Of a stretch of 64,000 bases of DNA, positions 49,028 to 61,953 are shown in pieces. Position numbers and translations under genes: made by a program. The notes beneath the pieces were generated by a model. The model was given only the letters and a program-made list of their open reading frames with translations, was not told the DNA's origin and did not search any database. Source of the DNA: Octopus sinensis (Eukaryota); NCBI RefSeq assembly GCF_006345805.1, contig NC_043010.1, positions 51,646,001 to 51,710,000 on the forward strand, read 5' to 3'. How positions within the stretch are numbered: position 1 is the first letter of the stretch; each line of letters starts with the position of its first letter.

Positions 49028-49262
49028 GGCGGCAAGCTGGCAGAAACGTTAGCATGCCGGGCAAAATGCTTAGCGGTATTTCGTCTGCCGCTATGTTCTG
49101 AGTTCAAATTCCGCCGAGGTCGCATTTGCCTTTCATCCTTTCGGGGTTGATTAAATAAGTACCAGTTATGCACTGGAGTCGATATAATCGACTTAATCCG
49201 TTTGTCTGTCCTTGTTTGTCCCCTCTGTGTTTAGCCCCTTGTGGGGAGTAAAGAAATAGGTA
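49028..49262 (+). mobile_element. SINE family B
   Basis: Complete head-to-tail copy. Confidence 0.85.
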
Positions 49263-49993
49263 TCATGTGAAATAGGTATCAATAAAGGTGAAAGTGGTTG
49301 TGTGATGTGGTGATGTTAGCGTTGGTAGTGGTGTTAGTAGTGGTGATGATGTTAGTAGTGGTGGTGGTGTTACTGGTGGTGGACAGTTGGATAAGCTAAA
49401 GTGAAAATACAGCTGCTATCAACAACAACAAAACAGCAGCACCAGCAGTGGAGGTGCAATGGCCCAGTGGTTAGGGCAGCGGAGTCGCAGTCGTAAGAAC
49501 GCGGTTTCGATTCTCAGACCGGGCATCGTGAGTGTTTATTGAGCAAAAACACCTAAGCTCCACGAGGCTCCGGTGGGGGGTAGTGGTGAACCCCGCTGTA
49601 CTCTTTCACCACAACTTTCTCTCACTCCTTCTTCCTACATCTGCCACAAAGCAGAGGAACCATGGTGCACCCACTATGGTGTGGTAAACTTTCAGACCTT
49701 AGTCTAAATTGCGAATCCTCTGTACTCCATGGTTGTTCAGCTCTCCACCCATTAAAAGCCACCGTTTACGGAATGAGGATAACAACGTAGCTTTCACGCC
49801 AGTCTATCATGTGTGGTGGGTGGATCTTCAAGTTGCCACATGCATTCTTAGTAGCTTAGAGTAGGCTCGAATTAGAGATTATTCTTTGTGGCTAATGGCA
49901 TGAGTCCTGATTGGGAGAAGAGAAGAAGAAGAAGAAGAAGAAGAAGAAGAAGGAGGAGGAGGAGGAGGAGGAGGAAGCAGCAACAATACTAAC

Positions 49994-50046
49994 CTTCATC
50001 GTCTCTCTCATATACTTGTATATTGCACCAATAATAAGACGAGGAG
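49994..50046 (-). CDS. SDR-like exon (T)PRLIIGAIYKYMRETMK
   Basis: ttcttcag|CT...AAG|gttagt; 53 nt; phase 1/0. Confidence 0.9.
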
Positions 50047-50289
50047 CTGAAGAAAGGAAGACAGAAAGAATTAGTTAAGTCTTTATGAACAACAAGAGAG
50101 AAGATAAATTTCAATAAAAGAGCTGGAAGACAGTACTGCACATCAGGTGAAATAAATATTGAGATACTTAGCTCCATGCAGAAACTACAGGAACTACTCA
50201 GAGGTTTTGCAAGCTCTTCTAAATCCTTCATAGTGTTGCAAACCCCTTTTGTATTTTCAGCAGGTACCTCAGGGTCACAAGTGCTTCAC

Positions 50290-50435
50290 CCAGTGCCAGA
50301 TTTATCATTGTGCTTAGGTGTGCTTAAGCACAGAGCCCCACTGACCAGGGACCCTGGTCAATGGGGTCCTATCCAAATAAGAGACCTCATAACTTAACTA
50401 GCACAGGGCCTCATTTGTCCTAAATCCAGCACTGG
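50290..50435. mobile_element. Short MITE with 15-bp TIRs
   Basis: ccagtgccagattta ... taaatccagcactgg; internal hairpin at about 50337-50367. Confidence 0.65.
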
Positions 50436-50756
50436 TTTCACCCCTTAGCCTGTATGCTTCACCTGAGTGGGGCAGCTGGGATTGAATTAGTATTTGCCAA
50501 CGGAAGGGTTCTGCTCATGGTCTCTTAGAAACCACAGCTAGTTGATTTCAGCAGCTGTGCCTATCTCTTTGATGGTTTTTCTTCAGTTGTCTGGACACCA
50601 GAACAATCTTCTGCAGGAACCACTGCACTGATCTAGCTGGAAAACCATGGCAACTGCCTTCAATAGGGAATGAGGCCCTCCATTTCTTGAGAAAGTTATC
50701 AACACAATACATAGTTTATCTAATCCCTATTGAAAAAAATAAGACAGTAAGGTATA

Positions 50757-50967
50757 TACGAGGGAGTGCTGAAAAGTTCTTGACTTTGGGTAAAAGAAAA
50801 TACAGGGGGATCAGTTAATTATGATTATATTCCCCTCTCAGATTCACACACTTATTGCAGTGGTGCTTCAGTTTTTCTAAGCCCTGTAAAAGAACTTGGA
50901 AAGTTGGGCCTCCAAGCAGGCCTTTTGCGATACCCTTAAAACTAGGAACTTTCAGCACCTATTTCTA
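50757..50967. mobile_element. mariner-type MITE
   Basis: tacgagggagtgctgaaaagttc ... gaactttcagcacc. Confidence 0.7.
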
Positions 50968-51198
50968 TATAAATGTGATTCACACAACATATTCTAGACA
51001 CTCTCAAAAACTCAGATGAGGACCACAATTATGGTGCTGCTGGTGGTGCATATGAAGATATCCTAGACTGTATCTAGAAAAGGACCACCCAACTGACTGG
51101 CATAAAGTCACTCACAGGCACACTTTCACCCTTTGGTCCTCAGGTGCACAATCTCCTTGCTTTGCCTTGTTTTACTACTGCTACTATAATGAAGTGAA

Positions 51199-51515
51199 GG
51201 TGCATGGCTCAGTGGTTAAGGTATTGAGCTTACAATTGTGAGGTAGTGAGTTTGATTCCCAGACCAGGCTGTGTTGTGTTCTTGAGCAAGACACTTTATT
51301 TCATGTTGTTCCAATTATCTCAACTGTAGAGATGAGTTGCAACGTCACTGGTGCCAAGCCATATTAGCCTTTGCCTTTCCTTTGGTTAACATCAGTGGCA
51401 TGGAGAGGTCATGGGTGACTGCTGGTCTTCCATAAAATAACCTTGCCTGGACTTGCGCCTTGAAGGGGAACTTTCTAGGTGCAATTCCATGGTCATTTGT
51501 GACTGAAGGGGTGTC
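51199..51515 (+). mobile_element. SINE family C
   Basis: Homologous to 33581-33908. Confidence 0.8.
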
Positions 51516-51920
51516 TTCTAATTTTACTATAATGACTTCTGCTCCTTGAATGTGGCTAGGTTCATACACCCACCACTGAAGCATCCCTATCTTACTAACC
51601 TCCCTTCCTCTCATCACCGATTTTGGGTTCAGCCCTCCAGACGCCTCCACACTAATCAAGAAACCCAGTTCTTCTTTCCCAGAATAATCACCCACTGGAC
51701 CTCCCACTTCTGCTCATATCTTTCCCCACAGTTGTTGACTTACAAATATTGAAGAGGAACATAAATGATTCTCACTGGTCTGTTGGTGGCTGTGATAGAG
51801 GCTGCAAGAGCCAGAGGCACTGTCCCTTCCTCCAGACCCAGCAAGTAAAAGAATAAAAAAAGAGCCAATATTTACATTATTTACATTTGACGGATATTTG
51901 TCCTCATCTTGTTTGTTGTT

Positions 51921-51967
51921 AAAACAACATTTCGGCTGATATACCCCTCCAGCCTTCTTCAGGTGTC
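51921..51967 (-). ncRNA. Minimal type I hammerhead, near-intact
   Basis: GACAC-CTGAAGA-A-GGCTG...CAGCC-GAAAT-GTT|GTTTT. Confidence 0.7.
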
Positions 51968-52016
51968 TTGGGAAAATTTCGAACCTGGGTTCTCATTCCT
52001 AAGTTATTTTTTTATG

Positions 52017-52071
<55 letters not shown>

Positions 52072-52327
52072 CATCATTTCTTATTTCTTTATTGCCCACA
52101 AGGGGCTAAACATAGAGGGGACAAACAAGGACAGACAAAGGGATTAAGTCGATTAAATTGATCCCAGTGTGTAACTGGTACTTAATTTATTGACCCCAAA
52201 AGGATGAAAGGCAAAGTCAACCTCGGTGGAATTTGAACTCAGAACATAACGGCAGATGAAATACCGTTGAGCATTTCACCTGGCATGCTAACGTTTCTGC
52301 TAGCTCGCCACCTTCTTGTTTGTTGTT

Positions 52328-52373
52328 AACACAACTTTTTGGCAGATATACCCTCCAGCCTTCTTCAGGTGTC
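52328..52373 (-). ncRNA. Hammerhead copy with decayed GAAA
   Basis: GACAC-CTGAAGA-A-GGCTG...CTGCC-AAAAA-GTT-GTGTT. Confidence 0.55.
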
Positions 52374-52848
52374 TTGGAGAAATTTCGAACCTGGGTTCTC
52401 ATTCCTAAGGTATTTTTTGGTGTTATTATTATACGTTCTGAGTTCAAATTCCACCAAGGTTGACTTTGCCTTTCATCCTTTCGGGGTCGATAAATTAAGT
52501 ACCAGTTACGCACTGGGGTCGATTCCGTTTATCTGTCCTTGTTTGTCCCCTCTGTGTTTAGCCCCTTGTGGGCAGTAAAGAAATACATTATTATTATTAT
52601 TGTTAGTGTTCAGGTCACTGCTTGGAATCAAACTCGGAATCTTGGGGTTAGTAGCCCGCGCTCTTAACCACTACGCCATATAGCCATGGGCTTTCAATAT
52701 CTGTCAAATGTAAATAATGTACAGAGCCAATATTTGTTCTGTAGGTGATGCTTCTATGGATAAGCAAGACAAACAATAATAGATTTCTTTTCTGCACACT
52801 ACAAACATAGTATGTAAATAAATAAATGGAAAACTCTGTTTAACTTAC

Positions 52849-53002
52849 TCAACCCTTGTCTATCTCCTGGGCCATACACGATAGCGGGTCGTACAATCAC
52901 AACATTGAGATCTGGAATGGATTTCAGCTCTTTTTCAACCGACAGCTTGTGTTTGGCCACAAATGTCCATGGATCACATTTCTTCTCCTCTGTCGCAGCC
53001 AT
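52849..53002 (-). CDS. SDR-like exon MAATEEKKCDPWTFVAKHKLSVEKELKSIPDLNVVIVRPAIVYGPGDRQGL
   Basis: tatggcag|ATG...A|gtaagt; 154 nt; phase 0/1; RPAIVYGPGD is the extended-SDR RxxxVYGP motif. Confidence 0.93.
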
Positions 53003-53035
53003 CTGCCATAGACAAACAAACAAATATATATATAG

Positions 53036-53101
53036 GAGAAGAAGGAAGAAGAAGAAGAAGAAGAAGAAGAAGAAGAAGAAGAAGGGCGAAGGAAGAAGAA
53101 G

Positions 53102-53132
<31 letters not shown>

Positions 53133-53473
53133 TGGAAGAAGAAGTTGGAAGAAGAAGAAGAAGAAGAAGAAGAAGAAGAAGAAGATGGAAGAAGAAGAAG
53201 AAGAAGGAAGAAGAAGAAGAAGAAGAAGAAGAAGAAGAAAAGAAGAAGAAGAAGAAGAAGAAGAAGAAGATGGAAGAAGAAGAAGAAGATGGAAGAAGAA
53301 GAAGAAGAAGTTGGAAGAAGAAGAAGTTGGAAAAAGAAGAAGTTGGAAAAAGAAGAAGTTGGAAGAAGAAGAAGAAGAAGAAGAAGAAGAAGAAGAAGAA
53401 GAAGAAGAAGAAGAAGGAAGAAGGAAGAAGAAGAAGAAGTTGGAAGAAGAAGAAGAAGAAGAAGAAGAAGAAG

Positions 53474-53504
<31 letters not shown>

Positions 53505-53538
53505 TGGAAGAAGATGGAAGAAGAAGAAGAAGAAGAAA
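53036..53538 (+). repeat. (GAA)n microsatellite
   Basis: Seen directly; source of the poly-E/R/K ORFs. Confidence 0.95.
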
Positions 53539-54424
53539 ACATGCTGGTATATATTTTAGACAGATGCCTGAGAGAAAAACACATTTTCTACATGATAAAG
53601 TAGAGTGAAAATTTTCTTATGGATGCGAATATGTCCCAAGCATATTTGTACTGGTAACAAATTTGTATTCATACAAATCACTACTTAGTGGTTCTGTTCC
53701 ATATGTTAAAATGGTTTGTCAATATCAATGCTAATATAGGATTGATATGAATGAATAATTTTGATATAATACTGACATCAATCACTCCATATTTAAATTT
53801 TAGGACATATTGGTTACATTTTAATACAATTGTATTTGTGACGCTATATGTAACCTTAAAAAACATATTTTACTGTTTAACTCACACTCAATAATATCAT
53901 AGTATTAGTACACACCAGATACTTGATATTTTTATCAATAATATAACAAATAAGTGTCTTAAGAATACACACACACACACACACTCAGAAAAAGGGTTAG
54001 CCAAAATGATAGCAATTTTTCCATTTTCTTAAATAAACAATCAACTATAACGAGTTTTTCATTATTCAAATAAAGCTGTAAACAATGTTTATTTAAAGTT
54101 TCAGCCAACACTCTACCTGCTGTAGCTTACACTGCACTCAATTACTTAAATGTTGAACACCATTCTGAATTTTTTACTGATTTTAGTTATTGCATGTGAG
54201 TGCATTGTTATATTCTACAGTATTCTCTTTAGGGCATTAATCACACACACACATATGCACTATGATATTAAAAAAATATACATATAATATCATCATCATA
54301 TATATATGTATTATAATATGTATGTATTATAAAACATATGTATTATAATACACAGATGCATTATAATACATATATTTATATATACTTACAATGATATTCA
54401 TACATAATAATAATATACATACAT

Positions 54425-54457
<33 letters not shown>

Positions 54458-54545
54458 CGCATCCAATATTATATATACATATATATAAAACATACAAAAA
54501 TATAGTTGTAAAAACTCAACATATGTATAAGATAAAAAGTATATC

Positions 54546-54578
<33 letters not shown>

Positions 54579-54936
54579 TACATAGATATATATATATATG
54601 GAAACACACAGGTATAAAATTTTAAAAAAAACATATATAAGCATGATAAAAAGTAAAAAGAAACAAAAAGGACATATTATTTAAGATGTGTCACAGCAAA
54701 TTATTATTATTTCAGAGGCTTAACTCTTTCATGGTTGTATTTCTATTGGCTGTACATCTCTGTTCTTCTGTTTTAGTTTTTCAAAATAATAAAAGAATTG
54801 TAAGAGGGTTTAGTGTAATAAATAACTTAAAAATTTTTAAAAAAATAAAAATTTTTAATGAATGATACTGAATGATAAGTGAAATCTTATCATTAACTTT
54901 CATGTAGTAAATTACATATCAGCCTGTGAGTTGAAT

Positions 54937-55164
54937 TTAACCCTTTATCATTAAACCTGGCCATATCCAGCCCAAATATTCTACATATTTTATGTTCAAA
55001 CTAGCCAGATCTGGCTTCTCAAACCTACCCTACAATGTCTTTCTAAAAGTAAGCAATCACATCATCGAAATAACGAAACTATGAGACAAGGCATGATTAA
55101 TTCAAAATAACGTGAATAAATAAGCATTATATTTGACAGAGTAATCTGAATGCTAAAGGGTTAA
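54937..55164. mobile_element. piggyBac-like MITE
   Basis: TTAA-CCCTTTA ... TAAAGGG-TTAA; homologue of 18098-18483. Confidence 0.75.
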
Positions 55165-56159
55165 GTTTTCAGGCAATTTGGTAGTAAAAACGTTAAATAA
55201 TATATCTCTCTTTCAATTGATGGGTCACAGTTTCAAAGTGCGTTGTTATCTAAAGTTTATCAAAATTAAATAGATACATGAAAAAAAAAAAAAAAATTCA
55301 AGCATGGCTGTGTGGTTAAGAAGTTTGGTATGTAACAAAGTCATTCTGGGTTCAATCTCAGTTTGTGACAACTAGGGCAAATGTTAGACTCAGATTGAAC
55401 AATGTCTTGTGCATGAAATTTGGTAGACAGAGACTGTGAGTAAGTTTGGTATGTGTGTGTGTGTGTGTTTAAGTCTCCCTGTAACTTAGCAGTTTAGCAA
55501 AAGAGTGAGCAATAGAATGAGTACCAGAATCTCCAAAAGTTCCAGGAGCAATGAGATTGAGTACTATTGGGTTGTCCGGAAAGTTTGTGCCAATTTTTAA
55601 ACTGCTCAGTTACAGGGGGACTTAAACTGTTATTTAGTGGTGAAACAAACTCAAACACACACACACACACACAGACACACCCATATGATAGGCTTCTGCA
55701 CAGTTTCCATTTATTTACCAAATTAACCTACAATGCATAAGTCAGCCCACTTGACCAAGATGCCATGCAGTGGGATTGAACCCAAAACCATGGGATTGCA
55801 AAGTAAAATTTTTAACCACACATTTCACTGCCTGTAAAAAAAAAAAAAAGAAATAATAATAAATAAAAATAAAATTTTTTTAAAAGTTTAGTTTTCCTGT
55901 AATTAGAGAACATGAGAACTAAGTGAAATCAAAAGTTATTTCACAGATGTGCAGCGAAAGAGAGCACATCACAAACTGAAGGGGTATCACAGATCAGATG
56001 TGATGATATTTAGTATTGATCGCAACAGGATCGATAAATCTAACAGTATTGATCACAATCAGATCAATAAATTCATCAAGTTTCAAAGACTGAAAACATA
56101 ATTCAATAACAGAAAAGCAACATCAATAACAACAATAATTTGAGCTAACGAAGACATAC

Positions 56160-57071
56160 AAAAAAGTCCTGAAATTTGGTGTGGGATCTAATCAGATTAA
56201 CTGGCACCAGTACATGACTGGTACTTATTTCTTTTAACCCAGGAAAGATAAAAGATAAGCTTGACCACAGACAAATTTGAACTCAGAACTCAAACTCAGA
56301 TGTGACTAAATAACACGGAGTCAAACATTCTAACAGTTCTGCCATATTATCATAATAATAATAATAACAATAATCCTTTCTACTAAAGGCACAAGGCCTG
56401 AAATTTGGGGGTAGGGGACTAGTCGATTAAATCAACTCCAGTGTTTCACTGGTACTTAATTTATCAACCCCAAAGGGATGAAAGGCAAAGTCAACCTCAG
56501 CGGAATTTGAACTCAGAATGAAAGGACAGACAAAATGCTGTTGAGCATTTTGCCAAGCATGCTAACGATTCTGCCAGCTTGCCACCTTAATCATAATAAT
56601 AATAATAACAATAATCCTTTCTACTAAAGGCACAAGGCCTGAAATTTGGGGGTAGGGGACTAGTCGATTAAATCAACTCCAGTGTTTCACTGGTACTTAA
56701 TTTATCAACCCCAAAGGGATGAAAGGCAAAGTCAACCTCAGCGGAATTTGAACTCAGAATGAAAGGACAGACAAAATGCTGTTGAGCATTTTGCCAAGCA
56801 TGCTAACGATTCTGCCAGCTTGCCACCTTAATCATAATAATAATAATAATAATGGTTTCAAATTTTGGCACTAGGCCAGCAATTTCAAGGGAGGGATAAG
56901 TTGATTACATTGATCCCAGAACTGAGTTGGTACTTATTTTGCCAACCCCAAAAGGATGAAAGGCAAAGCTAAAGTCACCATAGGCGGAATTTGAACTCAG
57001 AACATGATGACGGACAAAATGTTGCGAAGCTTTTTACCCAGTGTGTTAATGATTCAGCCAGCTCGCCACCC

Positions 57072-57115
<44 letters not shown>

Positions 57116-57335
57116 CTTTTCACTATAGGCACAAAGGCACAAGGTCTGAAATTTTGGAGGAGGAGCTAGTTGATTACATCAACCCCAGTGCATAACTGGT
57201 ACTTATTTCATTGACCCCGAAAGGCTGAAAGTTAAAGTCGACCTTGGCAGATTTTGAACTGGTAACATAAAGATGGGCAAAATGCCGCTAAGCATTTCAC
57301 CCAGCATGCTAACGATTCTGTCAGCTCACCAGCAC
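56160..57335 (-). mobile_element. Cluster of about five SINE family B copies, including an exact 240-bp tandem duplication
   Basis: 56351-56590 is repeated at 56591-56830; (AAT)n spacers. Confidence 0.85.
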
Positions 57336-57359
57336 CATAATGATAATGATAATAATAAT

Positions 57360-57800
57360 AATTTGTCAGTTGTTTGACCTTAACCAGTTGAGCATGTCCC
57401 TTAGTGGCTGATGATATGTGCATCTCTGATCACGAGCAGAAGTAGTGGGGGAGCATCATAGCCATGTATTGAGAGGGATTCTTTGGGGTTTGAATAATTC
57501 ATCTCTGGAAAGAATGGGTGTTTCGTTCAATATCCTTAAACAACCCTTATTCAGGGATCTTTTGAGCGGGATGGGTTACTCGACCAGAAGAAAATTCTAA
57601 CTGGGCCCCACCTGCAAGATCATGTGCTGTTTATCTTGATATGAGATCACCATGTCACGCACATATGGTTGCGATGCATGTGCCTGATGTACCCTTATCA
57701 GACGGGTAGTCAAGATGGGTATACTGGGCTTCGTATATTTTACCCCAGTGTCACTTTGACGGCATGCACTGCTCTCTCACTCAATAATAATAATAATAAT
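57360..57800. repeat. Unclassified interspersed repeat
   Basis: gaccttaaccagttgagcatgtcccttagtggctga... also occurs inverted at about 1320-1390 and partially at about 35700-35745. Confidence 0.6.
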
Positions 57801-59109
57801 AATAATATAAACACATCAACTAAAAGGCAACAACAACAAGAAGAACAAAAAAATAATAAAAGACTGAATTTTAGCAGCTGCCAAAAAGAATTAAGCTGAG
57901 AGCAACTTCAAAAGTGTAAAAAAAAAAATTTTTTAAAAAAAGGACAACAGAAATGAACTAAGAAATAGAGAGGAAGAAATATATTGCAGATGAGGAACGA
58001 AAAAATAAGTTTGTAAACGAACAAAAGAAGAAAAAGCTGTAAACTCGGAAAGCACAATGACCGAGGAATTAGAGCGGACAGTTTAAAGATGAAAAAACAA
58101 AGAGAAGAAATGCCAGCAAAAAAGAAGGACGGCATTCAAGACTAACCATCATCTCGGTTATACTATGATGTTCGGGAAGCTGGAAAAAAATAATCCAGAA
58201 GAAGAACCACAAAGGATGAGAAATTCATTAAACAACAGAATGAGGAAAAAAAAGATTCAAAACAAATCAGATTAATTAATCAATTAATGAAGAATTAATC
58301 AATATATATATAATATAATTAACCCATTAATCAGTACTTTGCAAAATTAAATATATTTTGTTTCAGTGTGCAACAAAATGCTTTTTAGGAGAATATATGT
58401 GAGTGTGCATGTGTGTATATGAATGTATGTGTGGTTGGTTTTTGTTGTGTCTGGGGGGGTGTCATACTGACTTAATGCCTTAATATCTAACACACTCATC
58501 AGTTCAATTTCCACTTGTTTATTATTTTTTTTTTTGAAAATTTTCGTTGCTTTTGCAACCTTGTCAATGGACTTCGTTAACAGAGTTTCAACACATGAGG
58601 AATCTTGCAAACCAGACACAAAAGCGAAGTACATATATGTAGATATGTGTGTTGTGTATATGTATGTAAGTGAATATCTATACATACATACAAACATAAA
58701 TACATATATATACACACACACATATATATATATTATATTATATTGTATTATGTGGAGGCAATGGCCTAGGGGTTAGAGCAGCGGACTTGCGGTTGAGGGA
58801 CGCAGGTTCGAATCTCAGACATATAATATTATATTATATTATTTAAAACAGAATGATTTGGCTGCATGTGACAAAGTTTTGTGGGCCTTTAACAGATGCC
58901 CATCTCTTTCAGGCTTTAGATTACTGATGAAGAAATACAGGAGGTCCAAGATGGCTACCAGAAAATAGGTTGCTATTAGTCAAGGTAGGTCAAATGGTGT
59001 TGTCAGAGTAATTATCAGTTGTTCAGCAATAGCACTTCCTTTAGACAGAGGAATTTCTTTGACCACATGACTGGACAGGAAGCTGGTGGTGCTTAAATGT
59101 CATACATCT

Positions 59110-59520
59110 TTGCTTGGCTTCATGAACGAAGCAAAAGAAAGGGCTGGTCCATGTTAACCGCAGGCATGTTCAGGGTTGACAAGGCCAATGCGGGATAGGC
59201 AAGAATTGTCAGAGTGGCAGCAGTTGAAGGTTTGGTCAGGATTTGATGAGATGGTGTTGCAGGTTTTCCTCCTTCACCTTTTGTCTTTGAAAGTGGAGCT
59301 ACAGGTGTTTTCGAAAGAGGAGACAGCATGGTTGATAGTAAGACATGAGGCATCATGGTTCTCAGCAGGAGTGGACCACTGGTAATTGGTTGATGTGACA
59401 GGTACCAAGGGATCTTTTTTCAAACAGAATTTGTATCAATTCTTTGGTGTGATGGCCAGTGGAGTTTGTCATACAAAGTGATCTTGGGCAGGCAATGATC
59501 CTTCATCCTGGAGACACACC
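59110..59520 (-). mobile_element. Decayed RTE (BovB-like) 3' fragment
   Basis: RMKDHCLPKITLYDKL...WST...INHAVSSFENT...TFNCCHSDNSCLSRIGLV. Confidence 0.75.
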
Positions 59521-59611
59521 CTGACCAACACAGCTAGAGCTCCAGCAGCATGTATATGTATATATATGTGTATATCTCTCTCTTTATATGTGTGTGTGTG
59601 TGTGAACATAC

Positions 59612-59724
59612 ATTGATTTGTAGTTGATCAACGAGTAAGGAGTACTCAATACATGCCATGGAGGCGATATCTGCAGCGTTCACAAGTTGGAATGTGTCAT
59701 AAAACAAGTGCAAAGTTACTAAAT
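59612..59724 (-). CDS. Candidate exon xLVTLHLFYDTFQLVNAADIASMACIEYSLLVDQLQIN (unassigned)
   Basis: gttgtag acceptor, gtatgt donor, 113 nt open in one frame; phase-0 end is compatible with exon 53002. No homology recognised. Confidence 0.35.
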
Positions 59725-60422
59725 CTACAACTAAACAGTGATCATAATTTTAAATTTTATCATTTCAATTCTTTATCGTTAAGTAAAAAATCTTTTAAAA
59801 CCTTTTATTTGGTCATCAATAATCCTATTTTTATTAATCAAATTCATATTAATTACTTAAATTATTAAAAGCTTTTGAGGTTCCTCATTTTTAAGCCTCT
59901 AGCTACATAACTGATGAACCAGACTTGTGTTTCAAAAGGGCCATATGCAACCTGTGGAGCATATATATATATATATTATATAAAATCCGTTCTGTCTGTG
60001 TGGGTGTCTTCTAGGATCTTGGGCATCCTCCATCCGATTGCGCTCAAATTTGAAATGTAGATACCGACAGTATCAGGGCGTGTATAAGTCTTGAAAAACT
60101 TACAAAAATCGATTCTAGGTGAGAATGCGATCGATAAAGCCGTGGAAATGAGCATTCGTACAAGCAAGTACATCAGCTGTTGCGATGTACTTACTGGTAC
60201 TTTAAACTCTTCGGTTGCCTATTTGTGTGACTAAAATTGTTTTTCTTTGGAATAGAAAAAAAATCTATCTTTATTTCTTCTTTTGCTGGTGTCTCAAATT
60301 TAGGTTAAATCAGTGTTTCTCAAAGGGGAGGCCTATGGGACGGTCAGACAAGTTGTTTTGAGAAAATTTGGTTTAAATGCTTGACAACTCAGCACCGTCC
60401 ATTGGACGGGGTCGTTTTGCTC

Positions 60423-60466
<44 letters not shown>

Positions 60467-60989
60467 TTCATCATTAATGGGTGAATGAATGAATGGACAT
60501 ATATATGTATGTGTGTATCTGCATGTATGTTTGTGTATGTAAGCATGCTCATATGTGTATGCATATACATGTATTTATGTTTGTGTGAAAGACACTTCAT
60601 GTAGTAAACAAGAAAACAGAAAAAACTTGGATTTCAATATGTTTTTCAAACAATTTTCTTTTGTTACTTTTCCTGTAAATTAGAGAAATTTCTCCGGGAC
60701 CAGAAAAATTGGCTTTTGTGAAAAATATTTTTTTAAAATGTAAGAAAAAAAAAAGCCAATAAAAAAGTTGTTAAAGAAACTTCATTTAAAAAAAAAAACA
60801 GACAAACACTGCGGCTAAAAACACAATGAAAGCTAAAACAGAAATAAGATTATATTAATAGAAAACAATAACAAAAAGCATACGAGAATAATCTAGAAAA
60901 AAAAAGGGAGGATATATGCAAAAAATATAGAGCAGTTCAGCATTTGGAATATATACATATACATGCACAACATGCATATACACACATAA

Positions 60990-61021
<32 letters not shown>

Positions 61022-61458
61022 TATATATATACATACATACATATGCATATATATTTAAATACAAGCACATAAGCATACATACATAGGTACACACACACAA
61101 GAGCATATATGCATATGCACACACAATATTTTTTTACACACCATACACACATTCTCTTCTCTCTATAATGACACTGAACAGAGCTAGCTTCATTTTTGAC
61201 AAGACAACTACATTTTATGTAGTAAGGAGCTGAATTCAAAGCATATGGACTTAATAAAGTTTACACCAAGTCTATACATTGGACCTATAAGACGGCTGAA
61301 ATTATACCTGTATAAAATCAAAATTTACTGAATTATACACTAATTTCAATGCAGGTGAATGGGTTTCATAACATATTGGAAAATATTTGCTTTTTATAAT
61401 CAATATTATAATTATAGCATTGGTATGGCTTACAATGTCTAGATAGATGGCAGGTCTG

Positions 61459-61546
<88 letters not shown>

Positions 61547-61742
61547 AATATAAGAGAGTGGTCACTATATGGCTCACTCAGCACCAGTTAATCCAATAGG
61601 TTTCAACCACAAAATAAATGTTTCCCATGAAAGTCAGTACGATTGTTACTCACACGGACAGGGCAAATAAAACATAACAAAAATACAGATTATTTTGGGA
61701 CAATTGTTTCGCTATTAATGAATTAAATGTAATTTTACTTAC

Positions 61743-61900
61743 AAAAAATCCACTTGTAGCTCCTCAGCCAAAACTACTGGATGAAATCCACTCATCACAC
61801 GCCAGATTTCATCAACGATAAATACGCGTGTGGTTCATTGATTACATCCGACGTTATAATTCAAATGCCCCAACTGACAGCGCCGGCCAAATTTTCACGG
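61743..61900 (-). promoter_or_regulatory. Candidate first exon / promoter-proximal region
   Basis: Locally CpG-rich unique sequence ending in a strong TT|gtaagt donor at 61742; ATG at 61795 gives MSGFHPVVLAEELQVDF. Confidence 0.35.
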
Positions 61901-61953
61901 AAAACAAATACAGCATTTAGAAATAAATCAGCATAATTATAATTAATTAATAA

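Larger units (their letters stand above)
51874..52722. mobile_element. Composite insertion (two hammerhead pLTR-like pieces plus SINE pieces) bounded by inverted termini and a 13-bp direct repeat
   Basis: agagccaatattt at 51861 and 52723; acattatttacatttgacggata and tatctgtcaaatgtaaataatgt at the two ends. Confidence 0.7.

Noticed and set aside
52799-53608. Poly-E/R/K and poly-L/S ORFs
   Set aside because: (GAA)n tract; only 52849-53002 is a real exon.
58455-58505. CTGATGAGTG on the minus strand in the 3985/37794 repeat family
   Set aside because: Other copies read CTGGTGA or CCGGTGA, and no NUH or stem I can be formed.
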